53,723 bases of DNA from a virus. Lineage: Duplodnaviria > Caudoviricetes. The notes beneath the pieces were generated by a model. The model saw nothing but the letters and a program-made list of their open reading frames with translations, was not told the DNA's origin and did not search any database. The stretch covers positions 1 through 53,723 of the IMG/VR virus record IMGVR_UViG_3300000317_000004; one strand, 5' to 3'. A program made the translations under genes and the position numbers. Below, one piece after another: positions 17,935-27,775 of the stretch. Positions within the stretch are counted from its first letter, which is position 1. Each line of letters begins with the position of its first letter.

Positions 17935-18281
17935 GGTTTTTTATCCAGAAGAATCTCGACTATTCTTTCAGCTTGTGAATCGGTGAGGCGACGTATTGAT
18001 TCTGATAAGTTCATGCACCCCCAAGAATAAATTTTACAATTGATTTTTTGCCGTGATATTTTTTTTAAAATATCCTCTCGATTTTCAGGGGTTATAAGTT
18101 TATAAATGGTTTTATTCCAAGCGCGTGACCCAACTATAGTTGTATAGTGTAAACATTCTCGGTAAACTCTCATTCCGTTGTGCAGGATTGCATGATTGAG
18201 TGTTACTCTTGTAACGGTACATATTAACAAACTATTATCAACATATAGTTCGTCTCCAATTTCTAATAAATTATTTTTCAT
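17931..18281 (-). CDS. Hypothetical protein
   Basis: LEIGD.LY......V.RVT...AIL.NG pattern; ATGA overlaps. Confidence 0.7.
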   Translation of the reverse strand: MKNNLLEIGDELYVDNSLLICTVTRVTLNHAILHNGMRVYRECLHYTTIVGSRAWNKTIYKLITPENREDILKKISRQKINCKIYSWGCMNLSESIRRLTDSQAERIVEILLDKKP

Positions 18282-18886
18282 TTTATCTCCGCTTTCTTGC
18301 CCTGCTCGATGCGGGGCGGTTGATAGTTGATTGATAAAAGATAGTCGCTTATCTGAGATAGTTCTGCCTGCACTTTTTTGAGATGTGCAGCCGCTGCCAA
18401 TCGCTCTTTTCCGGCTTGATGCTCTATCAGATATTGTGTGCCTTGCTGCTCAAGAGTTTTTTGTTTTTGTAAATTTAGCGCCATTATTTCCGCTTCGGAT
18501 GCCGAAATCACCGATTTTGCATAATAAAATTTGAGCGCGGCAATGCGATCAGGGATATTGCGCGCATCGTTATAGCGCTCCCGGCGCAACCAGACGCGGT
18601 TTAAAACGCAGATCAATGCGTCGAGGCTGTCTAACGTCCGATGATCTGCGCTCGTTAAATCTCGATGCTCCCACGTCTCCTTTTGAGCCGCAAAAGCGGC
18701 GCGGATTGAATCAGACTCATGAATTGCTTTGATTGAGTCGTTTTTTGCCTGAGCTGGAGCGGCCAGAATTGAGTCCGTAGCCGCCTGATATGCAGCGAGA
18801 TTGTCCTGCGCGTGCAACCCCGCCAGTACTCCCAGCAGCAGGATGATGGCGGCGGCTATGATTTTGTTTGCGTCAATGAGTTTCAT
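18278..18886 (-). CDS. Signal-peptide helical protein
   Basis: IIAAAIILLLGVLAGLHA-Q signal; repeated DSI. Confidence 0.7.
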   Translation of the reverse strand: MKLIDANKIIAAAIILLLGVLAGLHAQDNLAAYQAATDSILAAPAQAKNDSIKAIHESDSIRAAFAAQKETWEHRDLTSADHRTLDSLDALICVLNRVWLRRERYNDARNIPDRIAALKFYYAKSVISASEAEIMALNLQKQKTLEQQGTQYLIEHQAGKERLAAAAHLKKVQAELSQISDYLLSINYQPPRIEQGKKAEIK

Positions 18887-18910
18887 GATTTTCTTCCTTT
18901 TCTTTTTTTG

Positions 18911-18937
18911 AAATATCTACAGTGATTTTACCCATGC
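18911..18937 (-). repeat. Early-region intergenic motif, copy 2
   Basis: AAATATCTACAGTG..CCCATGC. Confidence 0.7.
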
Positions 18938-18952
18938 TTTGATTTGTAGTTG

Positions 18953-19468
18953 TTATGCAAAGATATGCAAGATTTTTTTCAAAATTTTAGTGATACGAAA
19001 TTGTTTTTGTATCACTTGGTTGGTGCCGCCGGTAAGAAAATTATTTCTGCCATTAATAAAGAATCCGTATTTTTCCGGATTTGATATATTTTTTCTTTCG
19101 CAATGGAATTTTTTAATTGTTTCTTCTTTCGTGAATTTTTCCGCGCCGTAACTCCAATGACATCTTTCTTCTCCCGGCTTTAAATAAAAACAGCCATGGA
19201 GGTACGGATCATCATTTCGATCTGTTAATGTATAATGTTTTTTTCCATACATTATACCATTTTTATCGATATAGCTTGAGGCCGCTGGATGGCCTCCAAA
19301 TATCGGATTGCAGGACGCACACTGGGTTTGTGTATCGTCGTATGGATTGTTACATCCAACGTCGCAATCTTGAGCGGCCACACACCGCCCCTTCTTGTCA
19401 TACGCTACAAACCCAGCGTAATTTTCGCAATTGGAATCGTTGTACAATTTGTAAATTTCTTTAATCAT
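18953..19468 (-). CDS. Hypothetical protein
   Basis: RBS; 171-aa ORF. Confidence 0.65.
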   Translation of the reverse strand: MIKEIYKLYNDSNCENYAGFVAYDKKGRCVAAQDCDVGCNNPYDDTQTQCASCNPIFGGHPAASSYIDKNGIMYGKKHYTLTDRNDDPYLHGCFYLKPGEERCHWSYGAEKFTKEETIKKFHCERKNISNPEKYGFFINGRNNFLTGGTNQVIQKQFRITKILKKILHIFA

Positions 19469-19554
19469 TTTTCCCTTCTTTCTTTTTGAGTTATTATTTT
19501 CCGAAAATACAAATTAAAATTGTTGTTACTGCCACCGCTGCCGACCAGATTATT

Positions 19555-19881
19555 TCACGCATTTTTTTTGTATCCTTTGTTTTCAATAATTTCCCAAGTT
19601 TCTTCAATTTTTTTTTCCAATTTTATTAATTGGATTATGGCTTGCCGGAGCCTATGATATGCCGCATAAGCTGCCGGGTCTTTTTCTCGGTAATTTTTTT
19701 GATATTTTGCGTATTTATCCTTGTTGGCATCTCTCCATTTTTTTACCTCAGCACAATGCGCGGTCGGGTTGTTATGATAACGTTCCCGACTGCGGATTTT
19801 TAAACAATTTTTACAGGTAGATTTGTTATTATTGTTAAAATCTGTTTCGTTTTTTTCTTTCATACATTTTTTGCAAAACAT
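19555..19881 (-). CDS. Zinc-finger protein resembling HNH-endonuclease N-termini
   Basis: CKKC..EK....F......CK.C...R..Y; no HNH core seen. Confidence 0.6.
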   Translation of the reverse strand: MFCKKCMKEKNETDFNNNNKSTCKNCLKIRSRERYHNNPTAHCAEVKKWRDANKDKYAKYQKNYREKDPAAYAAYHRLRQAIIQLIKLEKKIEETWEIIENKGYKKNA

Positions 19882-19907
19882 TTTTTTCCTTTTGGTTTGA
19901 TTGTTTA

Positions 19908-19935
19908 AAATATCTACAGTGGTTTCGCCCCATGC
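19908..19935 (-). repeat. Early-region intergenic motif, copy 3
   Basis: AAATATCTACAGTG..CCCCATGC. Confidence 0.7.
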
Positions 19936-19941
19936 TGGGGG

Positions 19942-20613
19942 TTATTTCCACGATAAAAAGCAGGCTGATTTGCAATATCCGCCCCGCCCGTTTGTTTGTC
20001 CTATTTTTATATCAGTTGTTGTCGCTCTCCACGACGTGCGATAAATTACGTGCAGTTTAGATAGTAATGGGGCCGGGTTGCGCATTGACCGTATTACTGA
20101 TAACGCCGTCACTGTTCTATGTCCCGTGAGATTTTCAATGTCTGGGACTGCGGCAAAAATTTCATTATCAGATAATTTTTTATAAGGGAAACAGTCGTCC
20201 GGTAAATAATTATCCGGACATCCCAGCTCTATCATTTGTTCAATTGTCAACCGTTCAGCCAAACTCGGCCATGGAGTTGGAAAATAAAATATACTGTTAA
20301 AATTATTTTTTGCAATTTCAAAAATTTTTGAGTTAGAAATTTGTGGGCATTGGCATGCATAATGTACATTTTTTTCGATGAAATTCCTAACAACCGGAAA
20401 TTCATTGTACAGCTCAGCTGTCGAAAAATAGTGCTGTGCACCGCGAAGTTCCGGTTTTTTTTGCGCGTCCTCCCAGACATATCCTGCACAGGATAAATCC
20501 AGCGATATGCCCAGCTCGCGGTTTACCTGTTCCGTAGTTGCCGATTTTAGAAATTGAATCCCCGCGTCATAGATTCTGTGTGTTCTGCTCTCGCTGATTG
20601 AGTCGTTGTACAT
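19942..20613 (-). CDS. Hypothetical protein
   Basis: AGGAGG RBS. Confidence 0.7.
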   Translation of the reverse strand: MYNDSISESRTHRIYDAGIQFLKSATTEQVNRELGISLDLSCAGYVWEDAQKKPELRGAQHYFSTAELYNEFPVVRNFIEKNVHYACQCPQISNSKIFEIAKNNFNSIFYFPTPWPSLAERLTIEQMIELGCPDNYLPDDCFPYKKLSDNEIFAAVPDIENLTGHRTVTALSVIRSMRNPAPLLSKLHVIYRTSWRATTTDIKIGQTNGRGGYCKSACFLSWK

Positions 20614-20704
20614 TTTATTTTCCTCCTGATTTAATTGTTTTGTTTGCCTGGATTTGAGACCGCCGCCGCCGCATTACAGCCCCGAAGGGCTGCTCTCTGC
20701 GTTT

Positions 20705-21085
20705 TTATCTAAACGATATGTTTTTATATTTTAGCAAAGTGTCAACTATTTCTGTTTTTGAGAGCTCCGGATAGACTGTTTCTATACCGCCAACACTCTG
20801 ACCCGCATAACAATAGTCGCGATATGCAGTTACAAAAAACCATTTTTTGCCATCATGTTGAATTTTTGCGACGCCAATTTCTTTTTTGTATTTGTATGCT
20901 TTTGCAAGGCTTTCTTCGGCCGTGATAGTACGTACCGCCCCAGCCATGAGTCGCAGTGGAAAATCGTTACGACACGCAGAAACAAGGTCTTTTACGGATA
21001 CTGTTTTTTCGATTTTGCCGTAGGCCGCGTCGAGTTCGGCCTGAATTGCCGGGAAATTTTTTTCTTCGATTGTGAGTTTTTTCAT
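20705..21085 (-). CDS. Hypothetical protein (first leftward gene)
   Basis: AGGAGG RBS. Confidence 0.75.
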   Translation of the reverse strand: MKKLTIEEKNFPAIQAELDAAYGKIEKTVSVKDLVSACRNDFPLRLMAGAVRTITAEESLAKAYKYKKEIGVAKIQHDGKKWFFVTAYRDYCYAGQSVGGIETVYPELSKTEIVDTLLKYKNISFR

Positions 21086-21136
21086 TCTGATCCTCCTGGT
21101 TTATTGTTTTTGATCTGCTGTCTGATCGATACATAT

Positions 21137-21165
21137 AAAATAACATATATCGTGTAATTGTGCAA
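21137..21165 (-). promoter_or_regulatory. Sigma70-like leftward early promoter
   Basis: TTGCAC-17-TATTTT on minus strand. Confidence 0.55.
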
Positions 21166-21330
21166 GATATTTATTTTATTTTTACGTGATTTTTTACTAT
21201 ATATATATGTAATAGATACCTTTTAAACAAATAGCTATATAAATCAATGAGTTATAAGCGTTGTGCGGTCCAGAAAATAATGAAGAAAAGTGAAAATATT
21301 TTGTAGTTGTTGACGAACGGAATATCAAAT

Positions 21331-21382
21331 ATTGATAAAATAATTCGTATAATTTACATAAATTTGATTATATTTTATAGCA
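21331..21382 (+). promoter_or_regulatory. Promoter/operator element, copy 2
   Basis: 43/52 identical to reverse complement of 11723-11774. Confidence 0.7.
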
Positions 21383-21415
21383 GATTGTTTTAAACATTTT
21401 AACTAGGAGGTTTTT

Positions 21416-21658
21416 GTGGTAGCATTATCAGTAGTAGTTGTGGAGGGTGGATTTACAAAAGAAACTTTAAAATGGTTGGGTATAAATAATACAATGGATA
21501 GAATGCCTCGTGGATGGGTTAAATTGCTTTATGGTAAAAAAATATTTAAACCTGATTACGAGAATGCTGTAAAAGGTAAAGACTGGAAGGCTCCACGTTT
21601 TGAAAGTCGTGAATCTTATTTAGAATATAAATTTAATCAACGTCCATTTTTGACTTAA
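21416..21658 (+). CDS. Hypothetical protein
   Basis: AGGAGG RBS with GTG start; GGFTK..L..LG....P.GW. Confidence 0.7.
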   Translation: MVALSVVVVEGGFTKETLKWLGINNTMDRMPRGWVKLLYGKKIFKPDYENAVKGKDWKAPRFESRESYLEYKFNQRPFLT

Positions 21659-21704
21659 CTATTTTAACGCCCCGGATATGATTTTATGGAAGGAAATTTG
21701 AAGA

Positions 21705-22040
21705 ATGAAAACATCCGAACTGCGGAAAAAATATCCTGAATTTTTTGCCGAAATAGAAGCGGCGGTCTGGGATGATTGTAAAATAAATAAACTTGATTTC
21801 AAGATTGTGAACCGTATTTCTTACAACGCTGCTGCCGTTGCATCGTTTGAGCTGCATAAAATATTAATGCAAAACAAAAAGGCAGAAAAAAAATACGATC
21901 ATGATTATGCAGAAAAGTTACGTGGCGTGATTATGCCATGGTTGATTGCGCACGGATCAAGTGCGTCTATGGCATCAATAAAATGGCTTTCAAAAAAAAT
22001 ACAGAAAATAAATACAGAAAATAAATATTTAAAAAAATAA
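21705..22040 (+). CDS. Hypothetical protein
   Basis: RBS; operon. Confidence 0.65.
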   Translation: MKTSELRKKYPEFFAEIEAAVWDDCKINKLDFKIVNRISYNAAAVASFELHKILMQNKKAEKKYDHDYAEKLRGVIMPWLIAHGSSASMASIKWLSKKIQKINTENKYLKK

Positions 22041-22060
22041 CTTGCATAATATGAGGATTT

Positions 22061-22279
22061 ATGAAATTAAAAAGTAAATTAAAATTGTATTTTTTGCTTA
22101 CATCGTTGATTATAAAATTAAAAATAAGCAAATACAAAATAGGAATATTTAAAATGTTATTTCTGAAAAAGTTTGCAGAAAAAGAGGCTATAGCAATTAT
22201 TGCAAACGTATATTTGGCTGCGGTTAAAATCGAAAAGGAAAAATATAAGTCGGTAAACTATAAAAGGAGAGTTAAATGA
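22061..22279 (+). CDS. Hypothetical basic protein
   Basis: GAGG RBS. Confidence 0.5.
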   Translation: MKLKSKLKLYFLLTSLIIKLKISKYKIGIFKMLFLKKFAEKEAIAIIANVYLAAVKIEKEKYKSVNYKRRVK

Positions 22280-22572
22280 TTTTTAAAAAAAACAAAACTA
22301 ATCAAAAGTCAAATTCTGAGGCTGTTGAAAAATTAATATTTGACATGAATAAAAAAATAAATGAATCGTGCCAAAAACAAATTCAAAGAATCAAAGACTC
22401 AGTTGGGAAAAAAATAATATATTTGGGTAAAACCACAATTGTTAAGAACATGGTGGTGGATTGTAGATTTTTTAAATATCCAGATGTTGTACTTGCTTGG
22501 ATGGACGACTATGGACAGGAATGTACAACAACAGTTTCATACGAACTTTTTGAAATGTTGATAAAAAACTAA
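22276..22572 (+). CDS. Hypothetical protein
   Basis: AAGGAG RBS; ATGA overlap. Confidence 0.65.
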   Translation: MIFKKNKTNQKSNSEAVEKLIFDMNKKINESCQKQIQRIKDSVGKKIIYLGKTTIVKNMVVDCRFFKYPDVVLAWMDDYGQECTTTVSYELFEMLIKN

Positions 22573-22583
22573 AAACAATTTTC

Positions 22584-22612
22584 TTGACTTTCTTCCCGCC
22601 ATGATATATTAA
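22584..22612 (+). promoter_or_regulatory. Promoter upstream of terminase small subunit
   Basis: TTGACT followed by TG-A-TATATT / TATTAA. Confidence 0.5.
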
Positions 22613-22619
22613 TAAAGCC

Positions 22620-23156
22620 ATGGAAAACATAGAAAATATGCCCGATAATACCCAAGAATGCCCGAATTCGGGCAAAATGCCCGAAAATGGGAAGAATAAG
22701 GGATCAGTAGGGTACTGCAAGCCCCCTGTTGAGCATCAATTTAAGCCCGGTGAAGTTCATTCCCCCGGACACCCTGCCGGCCAGCCCAACACGGTCGCGA
22801 AAGCAAAACGGAGTTTACTTAAAGATTTATTAAAAGAATTAGAAAAGGGAATTCCTGAAGACGTTAAAAAAAATTTAAAAAAACATTACCCAGACGAAGA
22901 TATTGACAACATGGATCAGGGCACGGGGTTAATGAAAAGACTCGTAATGGTTGGGCATGACGGAGACCCGAAAACAATCCTTGAGATACTTGCATACACG
23001 GACGGAAAGCCGAAACAGGATATTGACCTTGGTGGACAAAAGGAAAACCCTATAAGGCTGTTTAATTATGATAAGGTAAACCCTGATGACCTGCGCAATA
23101 GTCTCGACACTATCGAAAAAGCCATGCTCCCCGATAGCATCCAGCAACCAGATTAA
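22620..23156 (+). CDS. terS: Terminase small subunit (DUF5681-like)
   Basis: GY.KPP...QFKPG....G.P.G.P; DGKPKQ; directly upstream of terL. Confidence 0.8.
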   Translation: MENIENMPDNTQECPNSGKMPENGKNKGSVGYCKPPVEHQFKPGEVHSPGHPAGQPNTVAKAKRSLLKDLLKELEKGIPEDVKKNLKKHYPDEDIDNMDQGTGLMKRLVMVGHDGDPKTILEILAYTDGKPKQDIDLGGQKENPIRLFNYDKVNPDDLRNSLDTIEKAMLPDSIQQPD

Positions 23157-24603
23157 TAACGCTGTTGTTGCTGAATATTATAAGCAGGGGCGTGTCTATC
23201 TTGCACAGAAAACCCTCCTTGACTTTACACAACATACAATGTCAACATATACCCCGCAATGGTTTCATAAAATAATTTGCAACGAAGCTGACAAGATAAT
23301 AAGTGGGGAATCTAAAAGGCTTATGGTTTTTACCGCCGCGCAAAATGGAAAAACCGAACATACGACCCGCCGATTAATTTCTTATGCTCATGGAAAAAAC
23401 CCAAATTTAAAACTTGCGCTATGTTGCTATTCAGCAACTAAGGCAGAGCAATATCATAGAGAAATTCAAAACATAATCGACTCGCCCTCTTATCGCGAAG
23501 TTTTTCCGAACACCACGCTTGCTGGCACGAACGCGCGGTCTGGTACGGGCAAATGGAAACGAGCAGCCGACGAATATGAGGTCGTGGGCTATAGGGGAAG
23601 ACTAAAAAGTGTTGGCATAGGCGGAGGTTTGTCGGGCGATCCCGTTGATGGCGCTATAATTGACGATCCAATTAAGGATTATATTGAAGCCTATTCTCCG
23701 GTTTATAGGGAAAGACTATGGAATTGGTATATATCTGTATTGTTAAAGCGTTTGCATAATGATAGTTTTATAATTTACACATGCACACGATGGCATGAAG
23801 ATGATTTAGCCGGAAGGCTTCTCAAAATAGAGCCTGAAAAATGGCGGGTATTAATTATTCCTGCACTGTGCGAGCCTCTTTCTTCGTATTATAAATTTTA
23901 TCCTAAAGAATCAATAGTAAATTATATTGACCCGCGCAAAGAAGGAGAGTCTCTGTGGGAGAAAAAACATTCGCGACAATCGTATTTAGAATCCAAAGGG
24001 CTTTCTTTGCGATTGCACGAAGCTATGGATCAACAACGACCAGCCCCAACAGAAGGCGGGCTTTTCAAACAGCAATGGTTTAGATATTATCATCAAATGC
24101 CTATGAGGTTTGATCGAATTATACAATCGTGGGATTGTACATTTAAAGATACAAAAGATAGCGATTTTGTTGTATGCACAATATGGGGAAAGGTTGGAGC
24201 CGACAGTTATCTTTTAGGATATGCTCGTGGCCAATGGGATTTTGTTGAAACAATTAGACAGATTAGGCTTGTAAACAGTAAATATCCTTACTGTCAAGAA
24301 AAGCTTGTTGAAGACAAAGCAAATGGGAGCGCAGTTATAGCAACACTTAAAAAGGAAATTCCAGGGTTGGTGCCCATTGAGCCACTTGAGTCAAAAGAAA
24401 GTCGTGCTTATGCCGTATCATTTATTTTCGAGTCGGGAAATGTATATTTTCCAGCAAATTGCCCTTGGGTACAAGAAATAGAGCAAGAGTTAAAAGTTTT
24501 TAATCATGGCGCGCATGATGACATTGTTGATAGTATTACCCAGGCGCTTCGATGGCTATACCTTAAACATGTAACTAAACTTTTACATCTTGGGAGCAAT
24601 TAA
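23086..24603 (+). CDS. terL: Terminase large subunit (start uncertain)
   Basis: Walker A-like AQNGKT, Walker B IIDDP, TRWHEDDL, QQRP, nuclease SWD, EDKANG, HDDIVDS.TQAL. Confidence 0.95.
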   Translation: MTCAIVSTLSKKPCSPIASSNQINNAVVAEYYKQGRVYLAQKTLLDFTQHTMSTYTPQWFHKIICNEADKIISGESKRLMVFTAAQNGKTEHTTRRLISYAHGKNPNLKLALCCYSATKAEQYHREIQNIIDSPSYREVFPNTTLAGTNARSGTGKWKRAADEYEVVGYRGRLKSVGIGGGLSGDPVDGAIIDDPIKDYIEAYSPVYRERLWNWYISVLLKRLHNDSFIIYTCTRWHEDDLAGRLLKIEPEKWRVLIIPALCEPLSSYYKFYPKESIVNYIDPRKEGESLWEKKHSRQSYLESKGLSLRLHEAMDQQRPAPTEGGLFKQQWFRYYHQMPMRFDRIIQSWDCTFKDTKDSDFVVCTIWGKVGADSYLLGYARGQWDFVETIRQIRLVNSKYPYCQEKLVEDKANGSAVIATLKKEIPGLVPIEPLESKESRAYAVSFIFESGNVYFPANCPWVQEIEQELKVFNHGAHDDIVDSITQALRWLYLKHVTKLLHLGSN

Positions 24604-24606
24604 ATG

Positions 24607-24635
24607 TTGCTTTTTTAGGTGTCATAATGTACATT
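24607..24635 (+). promoter_or_regulatory. Possible promoter upstream of portal
   Basis: TTGCTT-17-TACATT. Confidence 0.35.
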
Positions 24636-24675
24636 AAACATAATTTCTTTAGATTGAACACATAAAGGGAAATAT

Positions 24676-26394
24676 ATGGACAATTTTGCCATTCCTAATA
24701 GTCCAGTGTCAATGTCAGCCTTTGCGGGAGATGCGCGAAGCTTGGTGGGTCAACACATGCCGGAATCTGCGCCTTACGGTTCTCGCCTTAATAGCAGTAT
24801 GGTTTTGTTTCAAGCGGATGGCACGCCGTATAGGTCTTCTGGCAGAAATCCCGGCAAGGGTGATGATAAAACTTATGTTGACATCCACAATATTAATCCA
24901 TACGCACAGGTTTTATATACGTACGAAGGATCTCATGGCTATAGAGATAACAGTTATTTAATTTTTTTCCCTCGTGAAGAATGGTATCAAGAGCGGCAAA
25001 AATACTCACTTAGAAGCGTTGTCGCATTTAGGGCTGTTGTAGACGCAATGGTTCAACCGGTTTTTGAAAAAGAAATAAGCCGAACAACAGACAACGCCAT
25101 AATGCAAGCATTTATTGACAATGCCGATAATACGGGAACAACTTTACAAGATGTTAACGAAACGGCCCAAACTCATGCGAGAATGTTGGGCATAACGTTT
25201 ATTGTAATGGATAATTTTTCCGACGCTTCAAGCGCCGCAACGGTTTCGGATGCAACGCAGCAAAGAAAATTCCCATACATTTATGAGAAAATGCCTCATG
25301 AGGCTTACAGATGGGGATGTAATAACTGGGGAAAATTAGAATGGATTACGTTTTATGAGCGAGAAGAGAAAATAGAAGATCCTGATCATAAGGGTCAATA
25401 TTCAATACGTCAATATTATCGTAGATGGAACTCTTCGGGGTGGGAAATATATTGGGAAAAACATAATAAGGCTAAATATGAAGAATTTACAGAAATTATA
25501 ATCGAATCAGCATTGCATGGATTAACATATTTGCCTGTCTATCCGGTTCTTGACTATTCAAAAAATAATAATCTTACGTATATGCCAACTCCTAAACTTG
25601 CCGATTTGGCAAACATGGCCTTTGTTTTATACAACATGGAGTCGTGGATTGAGTTGCTTTGTGTTTATTGTTTTCCAACGTTAACCCTTCCAGATATGGA
25701 TGCTTCACAAATAGCGATGAGCGCAACAAACGCTATACAGGTGCCTAATGATGCCAAGTTTGCACCAGGGTTTATTGCGCCTCCTACCAGTTGCCTTGAA
25801 GTATTGCTTAAGGCCGCAGACAGGCTCGAAGATAAAATTTACAAGGCTGCAAACCAACTCGGAGTGTCTGGAACTCGCGCTCAAACATCAGCAATGGTTT
25901 CAGGGGTTTCAAAGGAATGGGATTTTCAGGCAACCAATTCACTGTTGACAAAAACTGCGTATGCTGCTGAAAAACTTGAGCTATGGTGTGCTAAAACCTT
26001 GTCTGATTATATACATCAGACAGTAGCGTTTGAAGTTGATTTCGGGTCAGAATTTATTGAAGCGTATTCTAATCAGCGATTAGAACAAATTATGGCTTTG
26101 ATTGACAAAATGCCCCCAGAGGCTTTAACAAAAGAACTTTGGAAGGAGGCTGTCAAAGTTGTTTTTGTGGATGATAATAAACGTATTGAACAAATCAACA
26201 GAAGCATAGATAGTAGTTACGTGCAAGATTTGCGCGACAAAGCCGCATTAAAAGGCGAAAGTGGGGAAGGTGTTCCTGGGGAAAGTGAGAAAAAAGTTGC
26301 TACAGATGCTAAGACGAATAATAGTGCGCCTGAACAAGACTTTAAGTCGATTATTTCTAATATTTTATCAAAATCAAAAACTCCTCAAAAGTAA
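24676..26394 (+). CDS. Portal protein
   Basis: Position after terL, 572 aa, SGVSKEWDFQ.TN..L motif. Confidence 0.85.
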   Translation: MDNFAIPNSPVSMSAFAGDARSLVGQHMPESAPYGSRLNSSMVLFQADGTPYRSSGRNPGKGDDKTYVDIHNINPYAQVLYTYEGSHGYRDNSYLIFFPREEWYQERQKYSLRSVVAFRAVVDAMVQPVFEKEISRTTDNAIMQAFIDNADNTGTTLQDVNETAQTHARMLGITFIVMDNFSDASSAATVSDATQQRKFPYIYEKMPHEAYRWGCNNWGKLEWITFYEREEKIEDPDHKGQYSIRQYYRRWNSSGWEIYWEKHNKAKYEEFTEIIIESALHGLTYLPVYPVLDYSKNNNLTYMPTPKLADLANMAFVLYNMESWIELLCVYCFPTLTLPDMDASQIAMSATNAIQVPNDAKFAPGFIAPPTSCLEVLLKAADRLEDKIYKAANQLGVSGTRAQTSAMVSGVSKEWDFQATNSLLTKTAYAAEKLELWCAKTLSDYIHQTVAFEVDFGSEFIEAYSNQRLEQIMALIDKMPPEALTKELWKEAVKVVFVDDNKRIEQINRSIDSSYVQDLRDKAALKGESGEGVPGESEKKVATDAKTNNSAPEQDFKSIISNILSKSKTPQK

Positions 26395-26397
26395 AAT

Positions 26398-27483
26398 ATG
26401 AGCGAACTTGATAAATATATAAATTCTTCTACAAAGCAATATACCGCTCTGTATAAAAAAATTGCATCACGGCTTAAAGACGAATTGCAAGGTGCGGGAT
26501 CTGAAGATGTAAACGGCATTATATCGGATGTTTGGGAAGAATTTGATGTCCCGCAGCAATACAGAGACATTCTTCTTGAGGGGCTGCTTGGAGCTACCAA
26601 GGTTGGCCTTGGAGCAGAAGAATATAAAGCTTCAAGTGTTGCATTTCACGGATACTATGAAGATCTTGTTTCTGTCGGAAAATATGAATTAAGCAAACAA
26701 ATTCATGATGTGACAAGGGTTGATGAAATACAATCGCTTATTAAAAATTCAATGAAAACCCAACAGACAATTAATACAATGGCTGTTGATCTTGTCAAGA
26801 AAGACATAACTACTGCCCAGCTACCAAAATATATGGACGACCTTGTTTCTAAGTTTAGACAAGCCTCTGCATTAACAGGTGATAAAGAAGCTTTTTTAAA
26901 ATATCGAAAATCCATAGCAAAAGCTAATTCACAAATAGAAAATCTTAAAAGTTCAAACGACACGTCTGCGCTTGCCCGTGCATACAGAGACATTTCGGAA
27001 CTTTCCCTGAATGCTTCTGACAGCGTTGTTGAAAAAACTATTGACAGAGCGATTATGGTTAAGGCGCGATCTAATGCCTTAAGACTTGCCCATACAGAAA
27101 CAGCGCGAGCTTATGGCGATGCGCGTGTAGACTCTGTTTTAGCCGATTCTGACGCAAATGCAATACAGGTTGTGCTAAGCGGGGATCATGACGGATACTG
27201 TATATGTGATTTTTTTGCTGAATCGGACATGTATGGGTTAGGAGCAGGTATCTACCCTAAAAATGAATTGCCGGAATACCCCTTTCATCCATATTGTCAA
27301 TGTATGCTTGATCCTGTTTATGGCGACGAAAGCCCGAAATATGATGATGAAAGGGCAAAATCAGGATTTGACAATCTTGGCGAAGATGAAAAACAGGCAC
27401 TTGTAGGGAGTGAAGGGTCGTGGGACGATCTTGATTGGAAAGATCATAAGGTGTCAAAAGAATTCCCAAGCTCGCAAGAATAG
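26398..27483 (+). CDS. Minor head protein (SPP1 gp7/MuF-like)
   Basis: RLAHTETARAY...CICD...G.GIY.....P..PFHPYCQC. Confidence 0.85.
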   Translation: MSELDKYINSSTKQYTALYKKIASRLKDELQGAGSEDVNGIISDVWEEFDVPQQYRDILLEGLLGATKVGLGAEEYKASSVAFHGYYEDLVSVGKYELSKQIHDVTRVDEIQSLIKNSMKTQQTINTMAVDLVKKDITTAQLPKYMDDLVSKFRQASALTGDKEAFLKYRKSIAKANSQIENLKSSNDTSALARAYRDISELSLNASDSVVEKTIDRAIMVKARSNALRLAHTETARAYGDARVDSVLADSDANAIQVVLSGDHDGYCICDFFAESDMYGLGAGIYPKNELPEYPFHPYCQCMLDPVYGDESPKYDDERAKSGFDNLGEDEKQALVGSEGSWDDLDWKDHKVSKEFPSSQE

Positions 27484-27526
27484 TTCTTGCTTTTTATTGT
27501 GACACGATATATTATAATATCAAATT

Positions 27527-27676
27527 ATGGAAACCACTACAGAAAAAGATATAAATTTCGATAACGCTATGCGCAAAGTGCAAGACTATAAGCGATTCAA
27601 AAAAGTGGCCGCTGTGCATATTTATACAGACAAGGGCGGAAAGGTTTCCAGGGTAAGAGTAGAAGAAGATTTGTGA
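27527..27676 (+). CDS. Small 49-aa protein before hairpin
   Basis: METTTEK...VHIYTDKGGKVSRVRVEEDL; not in ORF track. Confidence 0.5.
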   Translation: METTTEKDINFDNAMRKVQDYKRFKKVAAVHIYTDKGGKVSRVRVEEDL

Positions 27677-27712
27677 AATAGTATAATTCTTTAAAATATT
27701 TTCTTGCGACCC

Positions 27713-27766
27713 AAAAGGCCGCATTGACAGACAGATTAAACACTGTTTGCCGATGTGGCCTTTTTT
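27713..27766 (+). terminator. Stem-loop with U-tract (terminator/attenuator)
   Basis: AAAAGGCCGCAT...ATGTGGCCTTTTTT. Confidence 0.65.
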
Positions 27767-27775
27767 ATTTTGATT

